Origin: an uncultured Acidobacteriota bacterium
GTDB taxonomy: Bacteria; Acidobacteriota; Terriglobia; Terriglobales; Acidobacteriaceae
Length of the DNA stretch: 64,000 nucleotides
Direction: 5' to 3'
NCBI GenBank assembly: GCA_963756015.1
Contig: CAVWMB010000006.1
Span: forward strand, 1,293,949 to 1,357,948
The notes under the pieces were generated by a model. It made no database searches. It saw only the letters and a program-made list of their open reading frames with translations, and had not been told where the DNA came from. Of this stretch, positions 16,976-24,803 are shown one piece after another. Position 1 is the stretch's first letter. Every line of letters starts with the position of its first letter. The translations under genes were made by a program, and so were the position numbers.

Positions 16976-17998
16976 ATGAAAGCGGTACGCATTCATCAAT
17001 TCGGTGGGCCTGAAGTTTTGCAGTATGAAGACGTTCCCGATCCCCAACCGCGCAAAGATCAAGTGTTGGTGCGGGTGCGGGCCTGCTCGCTGAATCATCT
17101 CGATGTATGGGTACGCAAAGGACTGCCGGGCGTAAAGTTGCCGCACATTCCCGGCAGCGATGTGGCGGGCGAAGTGGTCGAAGCCGGAGAGTACGTCGGA
17201 GGATTCAAGCCCGGACAGCGCGTGCTGTTGTCTCCCATGCATTATTGCGGGCATTGCCGGAACTGTGTTGCGGGCATTCAAAACCAGTGCCGGGAATCTA
17301 CTGTGCTCGGCAACGGCGTGGACGGCGGAGATTGCGAGTTGATTGCGGCCCCAGCGGCCAACGTGATTCCGATTCCTGACTCGCTCGATTTCAACCAGGC
17401 AGCCAGTGTTCCGCTGGTGTTTGTGACCGCTTGGCATATGCTGGTCGGCCGCGCGGGAATACGTCCGGGACAGACGGTGTTGGTTCTGGGGGCAGGTTCT
17501 GGTGTCGGCACTGCGGCCATTCAAATTGCCCGGCTATTTCACTGCCGTGTGATCACTACCGCAGGCGACGAATCGAAATTAGCCAAGGGCCGCGAATTGG
17601 GCGCCGATTACGGTATCAATCATTACCAGCAGAAGATTTCCGAAGAGGTGCGCAAGATCACCCAAAAGGAAGGCGTCGATATTGTGGTCGAGCACGTGGG
17701 TGCGGCGACCTGGGAGGAAAGTATTAAGTCTCTCAAGAGCGGTGGAACTCTGGTAACTTGCGGAGCCACTACCGGCCCGAACGTTGGCATCGATCTTCGG
17801 CATCTGTTTGCGCGGCAGTTGTCGCTTCTGGGCTCCTACATGGGAACCATGGACGAACTGCACGAGGTTTTGAAACATGTCTTTGCCGGGCGACTGAAGC
17901 CGGTGGTCGACCGGGTGTTTCCTCTTGGCGAAATCCGCGCCGCCCATGAGTATTTGGAGAAGAGCCAGATGTTCGGCAAGATCGTGGTGACTCCATAG
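16976..17998 (+). CDS. zinc-type alcohol dehydrogenase / NADPH:quinone oxidoreductase (MDR superfamily)
   Basis: MKAVRIHQFGGPEVL, GSDVAGEVV, the Cys cluster CGHCRNC, and the nucleotide-binding motif VLGAGSGVGTAAIQIA. I chose the ATG at 16976. Confidence 0.85.
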   Translation: MKAVRIHQFGGPEVLQYEDVPDPQPRKDQVLVRVRACSLNHLDVWVRKGLPGVKLPHIPGSDVAGEVVEAGEYVGGFKPGQRVLLSPMHYCGHCRNCVAGIQNQCRESTVLGNGVDGGDCELIAAPAANVIPIPDSLDFNQAASVPLVFVTAWHMLVGRAGIRPGQTVLVLGAGSGVGTAAIQIARLFHCRVITTAGDESKLAKGRELGADYGINHYQQKISEEVRKITQKEGVDIVVEHVGAATWEESIKSLKSGGTLVTCGATTGPNVGIDLRHLFARQLSLLGSYMGTMDELHEVLKHVFAGRLKPVVDRVFPLGEIRAAHEYLEKSQMFGKIVVTP

Positions 17999-18051
17999 CC
18001 CTTGGCTCCTCTTTGTGGGCTTAAGCGCCTTCTGTGGTTTAAAATAGCGGT

Positions 18052-18618
18052 ATGTCTCGCTCCCTGAATTTCGGCCCCTACGTCGATCTTGAAAATGGCA
18101 AGAAGGTAGTGAAGGATCTGACCTTCGGCAATCCCACCCCGGAGGGAGTCGTTCTGACCACGCTGGATTCGGCGGTGAACTGGATGCGGAAAGGTTCCAT
18201 CTGGCCGATGACGTTCGGTCTGGCTTGCTGCGCGATCGAGATGATGTCGATGGGAGCGGCGCGTTTCGACATTGCCCGCTTTGGAGCGGAAGTATTTCGG
18301 CCATCCCCGCGGCAGAGCGACCTGATGATCATCGCCGGCCGCGTATCGAACAAGATGGCGCCGGTGATTCGCCTGCTCTGGGAACAGATGCCCGAACCGA
18401 AGTGGGTCATCTCGATGGGAGCGTGCGCCACCTCCGGCGGTGTCTTCAACAACTATGCGCTGGTGCAGAGCGTAAACCAGGTGATTCCCGTCGATATTTA
18501 TGTGCCCGGTTGCCCGCCGCGTCCGGAGCAACTCATTTACAGCATTACGCTTCTTCAAGAGAAAATTCAAAAAGAGCACGGGACCATCCGGAAGGCTCTA
18601 AATCTGGCTCCAGCCTAG
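18052..18618 (+). CDS. nuoB: NADH-quinone oxidoreductase subunit B (stand-alone copy)
   Basis: All N2-cluster Cys contexts are present: [19 protein letters not shown] and [10 protein letters not shown]. No other nuo gene lies in the window. Confidence 0.9.
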   Translation: MSRSLNFGPYVDLENGKKVVKDLTFGNPTPEGVVLTTLDSAVNWMRKGSIWPMTFGLACCAIEMMSMGAARFDIARFGAEVFRPSPRQSDLMIIAGRVSNKMAPVIRLLWEQMPEPKWVISMGACATSGGVFNNYALVQSVNQVIPVDIYVPGCPPRPEQLIYSITLLQEKIQKEHGTIRKALNLAPA

Positions 18619-18884
18619 AAATATGCCCTACTAGTGGTCGGCGCCGCTTGAATCTCCCCGTAAAAATTCTATGCAACTTATTGCGCAATCCCTCCTAAGT
18701 AATTGCCAAAGTGTCACTTGCAAAATAAAGTCCGTTTTGGAACCTGCCTGTTACATGAGAGTCGGAAACTATTTTTCCCTTGCTTGAATCTAAAGGATTG
18801 AGTGTAGTGTGGTACCAGCTACGCAGGGGGCCGTACTAGAACAACCCTAGGCGTCACGAAAGACCAGGGTGTGGAAGGTGTTTC

Positions 18885-19118
18885 ATGGTTGCAAAACTGA
18901 TTGACTTGGTTTTTGGCTGTAGGCATTCGCGTTTTAGTTTCCCAGTAACTATTCGAGGGACGAATCGTCGTCCTCAAGCCGGTGCCCTAACTGGAACCTA
19001 TGTAGCTTGCCTCGATTGCGGAAGAGAATTTCCCTATGACTGGCAGGAGATGAAGGTGATCACGTCATCCGCCGAGAGGCGTGAATACGTCGCGCTGGCG
19101 ACCAAGCAAGCCGTGTAG
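18885..19118 (+). CDS. small Cys/His zinc-ribbon-like hypothetical protein
   Basis: 77-aa ORF with GCRHSRF ... CLDCGREF (C-x-H ... C-x2-C). It is preceded by a 266-nt AT-rich gap. Coding status is not proven. Confidence 0.45.
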   Translation: MVAKLIDLVFGCRHSRFSFPVTIRGTNRRPQAGALTGTYVACLDCGREFPYDWQEMKVITSSAERREYVALATKQAV

Positions 19119-19202
19119 GCCGCGCTGACGGGTATCGGCTGCGCCGGTCGAAGTAGACACATCTTCGTTCGGCAGGTTCCAGAGGCAGGTGAAAGCTCGA
19201 GG

Positions 19203-20516
19203 CTAACGCGCCGGGACCACCGCCGCCGTCGTTCTCTTTGCCATTGGCACGAACTCCCGTTCTCCATGCCCGGCATAAATTTGTCGTGGCCGCGTAATTT
19301 TTTGTTCCGGATCGGTGATCAATTCCTGCCACTGCGCCAGCCATCCGGCGGTGCGTGGAATCGCAAACAGCACCGTGAACATCTCGGGCGGAAAGCCCAT
19401 CGCCTGATACATGATTCCGGAATAGAAGTCGACGTTGGGATAGAGCTTGCGTTTCACGAAATACTCGTCTTCCAAAGCAATACGTTCCAGCTCGAGAGCA
19501 ACGTCCAGCTTCGGATTGCGTCCCGTAACCTGGAAAACCTGCTCGGCTGTCCACTTGATGATCTTGGCCCGCGGATCATAGTTTTTGTAGACGCGATGGC
19601 CAAATCCCATGAGCTTGCCGTGTCCGTCCTTCACCCGCTTGATGTAAGCCGGCACATTGTCCTTCGAACCGATCTCATCAAGCATTTTCAGAACTTCTTC
19701 GTTGGCTCCCCCGTGCAGCGGGCCCGCGAGCGCCGATGCCGCTGACGCCGTCGAGAGATAAGGATCGGTGTGCGCGCTGGCTACCGAGCGCATCGCATTG
19801 GTGCCGCAGTTCTGTTCATGATCGGCGTGCAAAATAAACAAAATATCGAGGGCGCGGGCGAGCACTGGATTCGCCACATATTTCGGCTCTACCATCTTCC
19901 ACAACATGTTCATTAAATTCTCGGTGTAGCTCAGATCGTTGTCCGGATATACATAGGGAAATCCCACGTTGTAGCGGTAGGACATGCCGGCAATCGATGG
20001 CACTTTGCCGATCAGGCGCTCGATCTGCAGCAGCCGGTTCGCCGGATCGTCGATCTGCCGGGCCTCCGGATAGACGCTGGACAGGGCGGCCACCGTACTC
20101 ACAAACATCACCATGGGATGGGAGTCGTAGCGAAAGCCTTCCATAAACTTTTTCGTGGTCTCGTGGAGCATGGTGTGATGAGTAATGTCATGCACCCAGC
20201 CTTTGAGCTCGGGCGCGGTTGGCAATTCTCCGAATAACAGCAGATAGGCGACCTCCAGGAAGGTACAGCGCTCCGCCAGCACTTCGATGGGATATCCGCG
20301 ATACCGCAGAATGCCGCGGTCGCCATCGATAAATGTGATGCTGCTGCGGCAAGAGGCTGTGTTCATGAACGCAGGATCATAGGTCATCAGCCCAAAATCT
20401 TCCGGAGCCGTCTTGATCTGTCGCAGACTCATGGCGCGGATGGTACCGTCTTCAACTGGTACGGTATAAGTTTGGCCGGTGCGATTGTCGGTGATGGTAA
20501 GTGTGTTTTCAGGCAT
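19203..20516 (-). CDS. gltA: citrate synthase
   Basis: 437 aa with citrate synthase signatures GPLHGGANE and GFGHRVYKNYDPRA. Confidence 0.95.
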   Translation of the reverse strand: MPENTLTITDNRTGQTYTVPVEDGTIRAMSLRQIKTAPEDFGLMTYDPAFMNTASCRSSITFIDGDRGILRYRGYPIEVLAERCTFLEVAYLLLFGELPTAPELKGWVHDITHHTMLHETTKKFMEGFRYDSHPMVMFVSTVAALSSVYPEARQIDDPANRLLQIERLIGKVPSIAGMSYRYNVGFPYVYPDNDLSYTENLMNMLWKMVEPKYVANPVLARALDILFILHADHEQNCGTNAMRSVASAHTDPYLSTASAASALAGPLHGGANEEVLKMLDEIGSKDNVPAYIKRVKDGHGKLMGFGHRVYKNYDPRAKIIKWTAEQVFQVTGRNPKLDVALELERIALEDEYFVKRKLYPNVDFYSGIMYQAMGFPPEMFTVLFAIPRTAGWLAQWQELITDPEQKITRPRQIYAGHGEREFVPMAKRTTAAVVPAR

Positions 20517-20593
20517 GGAAACCGCCGCTCCTCGCTGTTCGCCTCTGTAGAGACTAGCCTAGCCTACCCTGCAGCTCTTCGACAATCATCGGC

Positions 20594-20609
20594 TGTGACT
20601 CTAGTCACA
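20594..20609. promoter_or_regulatory. perfect CRP-type palindrome TGTGA-N6-TCACA upstream of gltA
   Basis: The sequence ctGTGActctagTCACac reads TGTGACTCTAGTCACA. It lies 78-93 nt upstream of the gltA ATG (20516). Confidence 0.4.
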
Positions 20610-20634
20610 CAATCTGGGAATGGATTCCTGAAGT

Positions 20635-20670
20635 GAAAAACAAAACCGGCGGCCACAGGGGCCGCCGGTT
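20635..20670 (-). terminator. rho-independent terminator after the M48 protease gene
   Basis: Perfect 11-bp stem aaccggcggcc/ggccgccggtt (20644-20654 / 20660-20670) with a 5-nt loop. On the minus strand it is followed by tttgtttttc. It lies 24 nt past the stop codon. Confidence 0.65.
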
Positions 20671-20693
20671 CCACATTTTCAATGCTTTAACCG

Positions 20694-21911
20694 CTAGTTC
20701 GACGAATCGTCGCGCCGCTTCAGCGTTGGACGGTCATCGTCCGTCTTGTCACCCGAGTTGCCATCGGTGCTGCTGGCTGAGGTTCGCCGCAAACTGGGTT
20801 TATTGCCATCCTTCTGATCGAGCACCTTGTGGCGGTTCTCAATCGAAGCCAGCCGCGCTTTCACCTCGTCGAATTCCGAAGTAGTGACAATGTATTCAGC
20901 CTTGGACGGCAGAATTTTCCGAATTTCATCCTGTGTTTTCTCGATCCGATCCGGAGTCTGCGGATGGGTATCGAACGCCTTCGAAAGCGTTCCCGGCTTC
21001 TTCTTCTCCATGGCCTGAATCTTTTCGAAGAAGGAAACAAATGCCGAGGGGTCGTAACCCGCGCGATACATATACTCCACACCGAGATAATCTGCCTCCG
21101 CTTCGAAGCCGCGGGAGAATCTCAGGAACGTCATCGGAATCGCCAGCCCGGCTGCTTCATATCCTGCATAGCCAATCGCACCACCCATAAAGATGAACGG
21201 AATCGAGGCCATCTGCAGAAGGTTGGCGCGCGTCATCTCGCGGCCGTAGTGGCACGCCGCCACATGGGCAATCTCGTGGGCCATCACGCCCGCCATTTCC
21301 GCTTCTTCGTCGGCCGCCAGAATCAAACCTGAATTCACATAGAAGAATCCGCCCGGCAGCGCCATGGCATTCACCACATCGGAGTCGATCACCTTAATTG
21401 TGAACGGAACCTGCGCATCGGAATTCCGCACCAGGTTCTGCCCGATCCGGTTCACATATTCCGTGATCACCGGGTCGTTGATCAGTTTCACCTGTGATTC
21501 GATCTGCTGGGCATAGACGCGCCCCCGCGCCACCTGCCCCTCCACCGTGTACCAGTTGCCGACGCCGCGCCCGCAACCTACATTGCGATTCCCTACCGCA
21601 TCCACGTCAGTTTTCGTGCCATCGTGCTTGATCTGGCTGTCATCCTGCGTGGGCAACGCGGCCGGGGCCTGTTTCGGAGCATTCTGCACATCGCTCGCCT
21701 TGGGCTGTCCATTGTCCGGATCGTGAGTCGGAGTTTGCGTTTGGGTCGGGGTTTGCCCCGGCTGAGTTTGAGTTGGCTGGGTCTGCGTCGGCTGAGTTTG
21801 AACCGGAACATTCTGCGGATTCTGCCCCGGATCCTGTGCCTGTGCGAACGCCCAGGAACCTGCTCCGAACGCCGCCAGCGCCACAGCGATTGCCATCCCT
21901 CGGAATTTCAT
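20694..21911 (-). CDS. M48 family zinc metalloprotease, secreted
   Basis: Signal peptide MKFRGMAIAVALAAFGAGSWAFAQ and HEXXH motif MAHEIAHVAA. A low-complexity T/Q/P repeat (TQPTQTQPTQTQPGQTPTQTQTPT) follows the signal peptide. Confidence 0.85.
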   Translation of the reverse strand: MKFRGMAIAVALAAFGAGSWAFAQAQDPGQNPQNVPVQTQPTQTQPTQTQPGQTPTQTQTPTHDPDNGQPKASDVQNAPKQAPAALPTQDDSQIKHDGTKTDVDAVGNRNVGCGRGVGNWYTVEGQVARGRVYAQQIESQVKLINDPVITEYVNRIGQNLVRNSDAQVPFTIKVIDSDVVNAMALPGGFFYVNSGLILAADEEAEMAGVMAHEIAHVAACHYGREMTRANLLQMASIPFIFMGGAIGYAGYEAAGLAIPMTFLRFSRGFEAEADYLGVEYMYRAGYDPSAFVSFFEKIQAMEKKKPGTLSKAFDTHPQTPDRIEKTQDEIRKILPSKAEYIVTTSEFDEVKARLASIENRHKVLDQKDGNKPSLRRTSASSTDGNSGDKTDDDRPTLKRRDDSSN

Positions 21912-22169
21912 AAATACCCCTTCGCGGCCTGCGTACTCTTACCCGAATTATACGCCCACCCGGAACCCGCCAAAGCCCGAATCTTCGACTCAAATTTAGA
22001 CGCTGGCGGGCAGGTTGGAGTTATCCGGCGACGCCGAAAAGGGGCACAAATCCGCTCTCCCAGCAACCAACCCGGTTCAGACTCATCCCCTGTGCGGCCC
22101 CACACTAAAGCGCCGAAACCAAATACAATCAGAGTCTGCCACAATCGCTTCCATGAATCGAGAGCCCCA

Positions 22170-22733
22170 ATGAACCAGACCTCATCCCAGACCTTGCCCC
22201 ATACCTTGCCCCAAACCATCTCGTTGCTCACCCGCACTCCCGCCGCCCTCGATGCCCTACTGCGCGACCAGCCGGACTCCTGGACAATGCGCAATGAAGG
22301 GGATAAGACCTGGAGCCCGTTCGACATCGTCGGCCATCTGATTCATTGCGAGCGCGCCGACTGGATGCCGCGGCTGCGAATCATTCTGCAATCCGGCGAA
22401 AGTCGGGCCTTTGATCCATTCGATCGTTTTGCGCAAGAACGTGACAGCCGTGACAAGTCGCTGGGCGAGTTGCTCAACGAATTCGTCCGGCTGCGCTCCG
22501 AAAACCTGCGCGATCTGCGGGCCCTGGATCTTTCCCGGGAGCAGCTCGAATTGCGTGGCCAACACCCCTCCCTCGGAGTGGTCACTCTGTCGCAACTGCT
22601 GGCCACCTGGGCGGTCCATGACCTGACGCATCTGCACCAACTCTCACGAGTGATGGCCCATCAGTACCGTCAGGCGGTCGGGCCTTGGAGCGTTTATCTC
22701 GGAGTGCTGAAGTGTGCGGGACACAGCGACTAA
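22170..22733 (+). CDS. DinB family protein
   Basis: I chose the in-frame ATG at 22170 (MNQTSSQ). DinB-like His contexts are GHLIHCERADW and VHDLTHLHQL. The upstream part of the 369-aa ORF is an antisense shadow of the M48 gene. Confidence 0.8.
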   Translation: MNQTSSQTLPHTLPQTISLLTRTPAALDALLRDQPDSWTMRNEGDKTWSPFDIVGHLIHCERADWMPRLRIILQSGESRAFDPFDRFAQERDSRDKSLGELLNEFVRLRSENLRDLRALDLSREQLELRGQHPSLGVVTLSQLLATWAVHDLTHLHQLSRVMAHQYRQAVGPWSVYLGVLKCAGHSD

Positions 22734-22851
22734 ATTGCCTGTGAGGAATGAAAACCTGCCTGAGCGGAGCTCCGTTCATGTGCCTTCTTGCCCTCCAAGG
22801 CAGGGCGTCGTACCATAGCGCCTTCGTTCATCCATGATTCAGGAGGGCTTC

Positions 22852-24141
22852 ATGCTCGACCGTCGCCATTTCCTCACCACCGCCGCGACCGGAGTTGCCG
22901 CTTCCCTTGCCCTGCCCGGCAGTTTGTGGGCGCAGCTGCAACAAGTTCCGCCGCTGCCCGGCCCTTCTCTTTTCGAGAAGAATGAGGATGCCTACTGGGC
23001 CGAGATGCGGAAACAATTCCTGATTCCTGCCGACGAAATCTATCTCAACAACGGCACCGTCGGCTCCAGCCCCGCGCCGGTGCTGCGAGCCGTCTTCGAC
23101 GGCTACAACACCACGGAGAAAATGGATCAGCAGGATCCCGAAGACTATCCCATCTGGGGATACGCCGCCTGGAACGAGTTTCGCGATCCTCTCGCCGCGT
23201 TCGTCGGCTGCCATCGCGATGAGATCGCTCTGCTGCGCAATGCCACCGAGGCGAACAGCTACATCGCCAACGGAATCGACCTGAAGCTCGGCGACGAAGT
23301 TCTCATGACCGATCAGGAGCATCCCGGCGGCGAACACCCCTGGAACCTCAAGGCCAAACGCTACGGAATTGTGGTCAAAAGAGTCACGCTGCCTCGTCCG
23401 GCAAAAGATACCGCGCAAGTTCTCAATCTTTTTAACGACGCCATCACTCCGCGCACGCGGGTGATTTTCTTCAGCCATATCACAACCTTTTCCGGAGTCG
23501 TGCTGCCCGCAAAAGAAATCTGCGCTCTGGCGCGTTCCAAAGGCATTCTCTCGGCCGTCGACGGGGCCCACGTCGCTGGCATGATGCGGCTGAACGTTCA
23601 CGACCTGGGCTGCGACCTGTATTCCTCAAGCCCGCACAAATGGCTGCAAGCGCCCAAAGGCTCCGGTTTTCTTTATGTGCGAGACGAAGTGATCGACCGC
23701 TTGTGGAACACCATCGTCACCGAAGGCTGGGACGAACCAGCCCTTCGCGCCGAACGCTTCCAGCGCATCGGCAGCTCCAACGTGCCGGCGCTCTGGGGCC
23801 TGCGGGCTTCGATCAAGCTCGCCAACGATATCGGCATGGATCGCATCGAACGTCGCCATCGCAAGCTTGCCGATTACATTCTGGACGAAATGAAAAAGCG
23901 TGGCGCTGAATCCTGGACTTCGCCCGATCCCGCGCTGCGTTGCGCGATTGTCACCGTCAACGTTCCCCCGGTCAAACGCATGGAGCTAGAGAATTGGATG
24001 TGGAAGACGCACAAGATTCGCATTCGCGGCGGCGAGCCCAGTAAGCTGCGATTATCGACACCCTATTATTTGCAGAAAAGGGATATTGAGACATTCCTGG
24101 AGAAATTTGACGAGTACAGGCGAGAGAATAAGGTGACTTAA
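22852..24141 (+). CDS. class V aminotransferase-fold PLP enzyme (cysteine desulfurase / isopenicillin-N-epimerase-like) with Tat signal
   Basis: Twin-arginine signal MLDRRHFLTTAATGVAASLALPGSLWA. PLP-lysine context SSPHKWLQAPKGSGFLY. An AGGAGGG Shine-Dalgarno sits 5 nt upstream of the ATG at 22852. Confidence 0.85.
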   Translation: MLDRRHFLTTAATGVAASLALPGSLWAQLQQVPPLPGPSLFEKNEDAYWAEMRKQFLIPADEIYLNNGTVGSSPAPVLRAVFDGYNTTEKMDQQDPEDYPIWGYAAWNEFRDPLAAFVGCHRDEIALLRNATEANSYIANGIDLKLGDEVLMTDQEHPGGEHPWNLKAKRYGIVVKRVTLPRPAKDTAQVLNLFNDAITPRTRVIFFSHITTFSGVVLPAKEICALARSKGILSAVDGAHVAGMMRLNVHDLGCDLYSSSPHKWLQAPKGSGFLYVRDEVIDRLWNTIVTEGWDEPALRAERFQRIGSSNVPALWGLRASIKLANDIGMDRIERRHRKLADYILDEMKKRGAESWTSPDPALRCAIVTVNVPPVKRMELENWMWKTHKIRIRGGEPSKLRLSTPYYLQKRDIETFLEKFDEYRRENKVT

Positions 24142-24770
24142 TTATCTTTGCTCATGGTCATTTCAAGATGACTATGCGTGGTAGAACGTTTCCGTGTTTG
24201 ACGCTCATCACGCGCGACGGAAACATTCGACGAAGTCGGCTGCTGAAAACGATATGGTGAAACTCACCGCAGATTCCTATGCATAAACTTCTCAAACATG
24301 GTGCGGATTCAAGCGAACTCGCGACGGAGGTGCTTAGCGAAGCGCTTTGGTGGAGCGTCCTTGACCTGACTGTGAAATTTCTGAGCGACTGAAGCATCGA
24401 AAAGATTCGAGTTGAGTTCGGATTTGTTCTGGATCGTGACCTTGCCGGCATGCCGCAAGCAAAATCGTACAACTTGACAGTTTGGAATCGTTCGTGAAAA
24501 AAGGCTTCGAGGACGGAACGATCGAATGGAAACGAGGTTCCAACTTCCGTTTCTATCCGCAAGGCATTGACCTGGCTTTCCTGCTCTGTAACGATGCCGA
24601 CCTGCATTTCGCTTTGAACAGTCAGTCGTTGCTCGCCGAATTCGCTGACAAGCTTCGTTCTGGTGGAATCGCTGTCCGCGATTCCCGTAACCCCTTTAGT
24701 CTAGCGTCCCCGCTGCTTTCGGCCCCCGAGGCGGGTTCTGACTGTAAAGCGGCGAGAAAAGCAAGGTCAA

Positions 24771-24790
24771 AGCGGGCGAGGACACCCGCT
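24771..24790 (-). terminator. possible terminator hairpin after the inositol-phosphate synthase gene
   Basis: On the minus strand agcgggtg-tcct-cgcccgct forms an 8-bp stem (including one G-U pair) with a tetraloop. It is followed by the U-containing ttgaccttgcttttctc and lies 14 nt past the stop. Confidence 0.4.
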
Positions 24791-24803
24791 CTACACAAAC
24801 TCC

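Noticed and set aside
18828-18884. Weak resemblance to a c-di-GMP-I (GEMM-I) riboswitch (acgcaggggg ... cacgaaagacc) just upstream of the small zinc-ribbon ORF.
   Set aside because: Only two short strings resemble the consensus (ACGCACAGGGCAAACC / GACGCAAAGCC). The expected paired helices and the tetraloop/receptor arrangement cannot be drawn.
21690-21800. The repetitive DNA encoding TQPTQTQPTQTQPGQTPTQTQTPT in the M48 protease, considered as a possible contingency or tandem-repeat locus.
   Set aside because: The nucleotide repeats are imperfect and in frame. This looks like an ordinary low-complexity linker after the signal peptide rather than a slippage-prone perfect microsatellite.
21624-22169. 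Upstream 182 codons of the 369-aa ORF that contains the DinB-family gene.
   Set aside because: This part is antisense to the M48 protease gene and is Arg/Leu/Ser-rich shadow sequence. The DinB-like sequence starts at the internal ATG at 22170.
22828-23601. Long antisense ORFs opposite well-supported genes. Examples are 22828-23601, 17579-18304, 17836-18579, 44521-45057, 45121-45795, 49035-49712, 49755-50393, 50450-51274, 56189-56863, 62993-63634 and 16068-16802.
   Set aside because: These are typical GC-rich shadow ORFs. They fully overlap genes with clear motifs, have biased Arg/Gly/Pro/Ser composition and carry no recognisable motifs.
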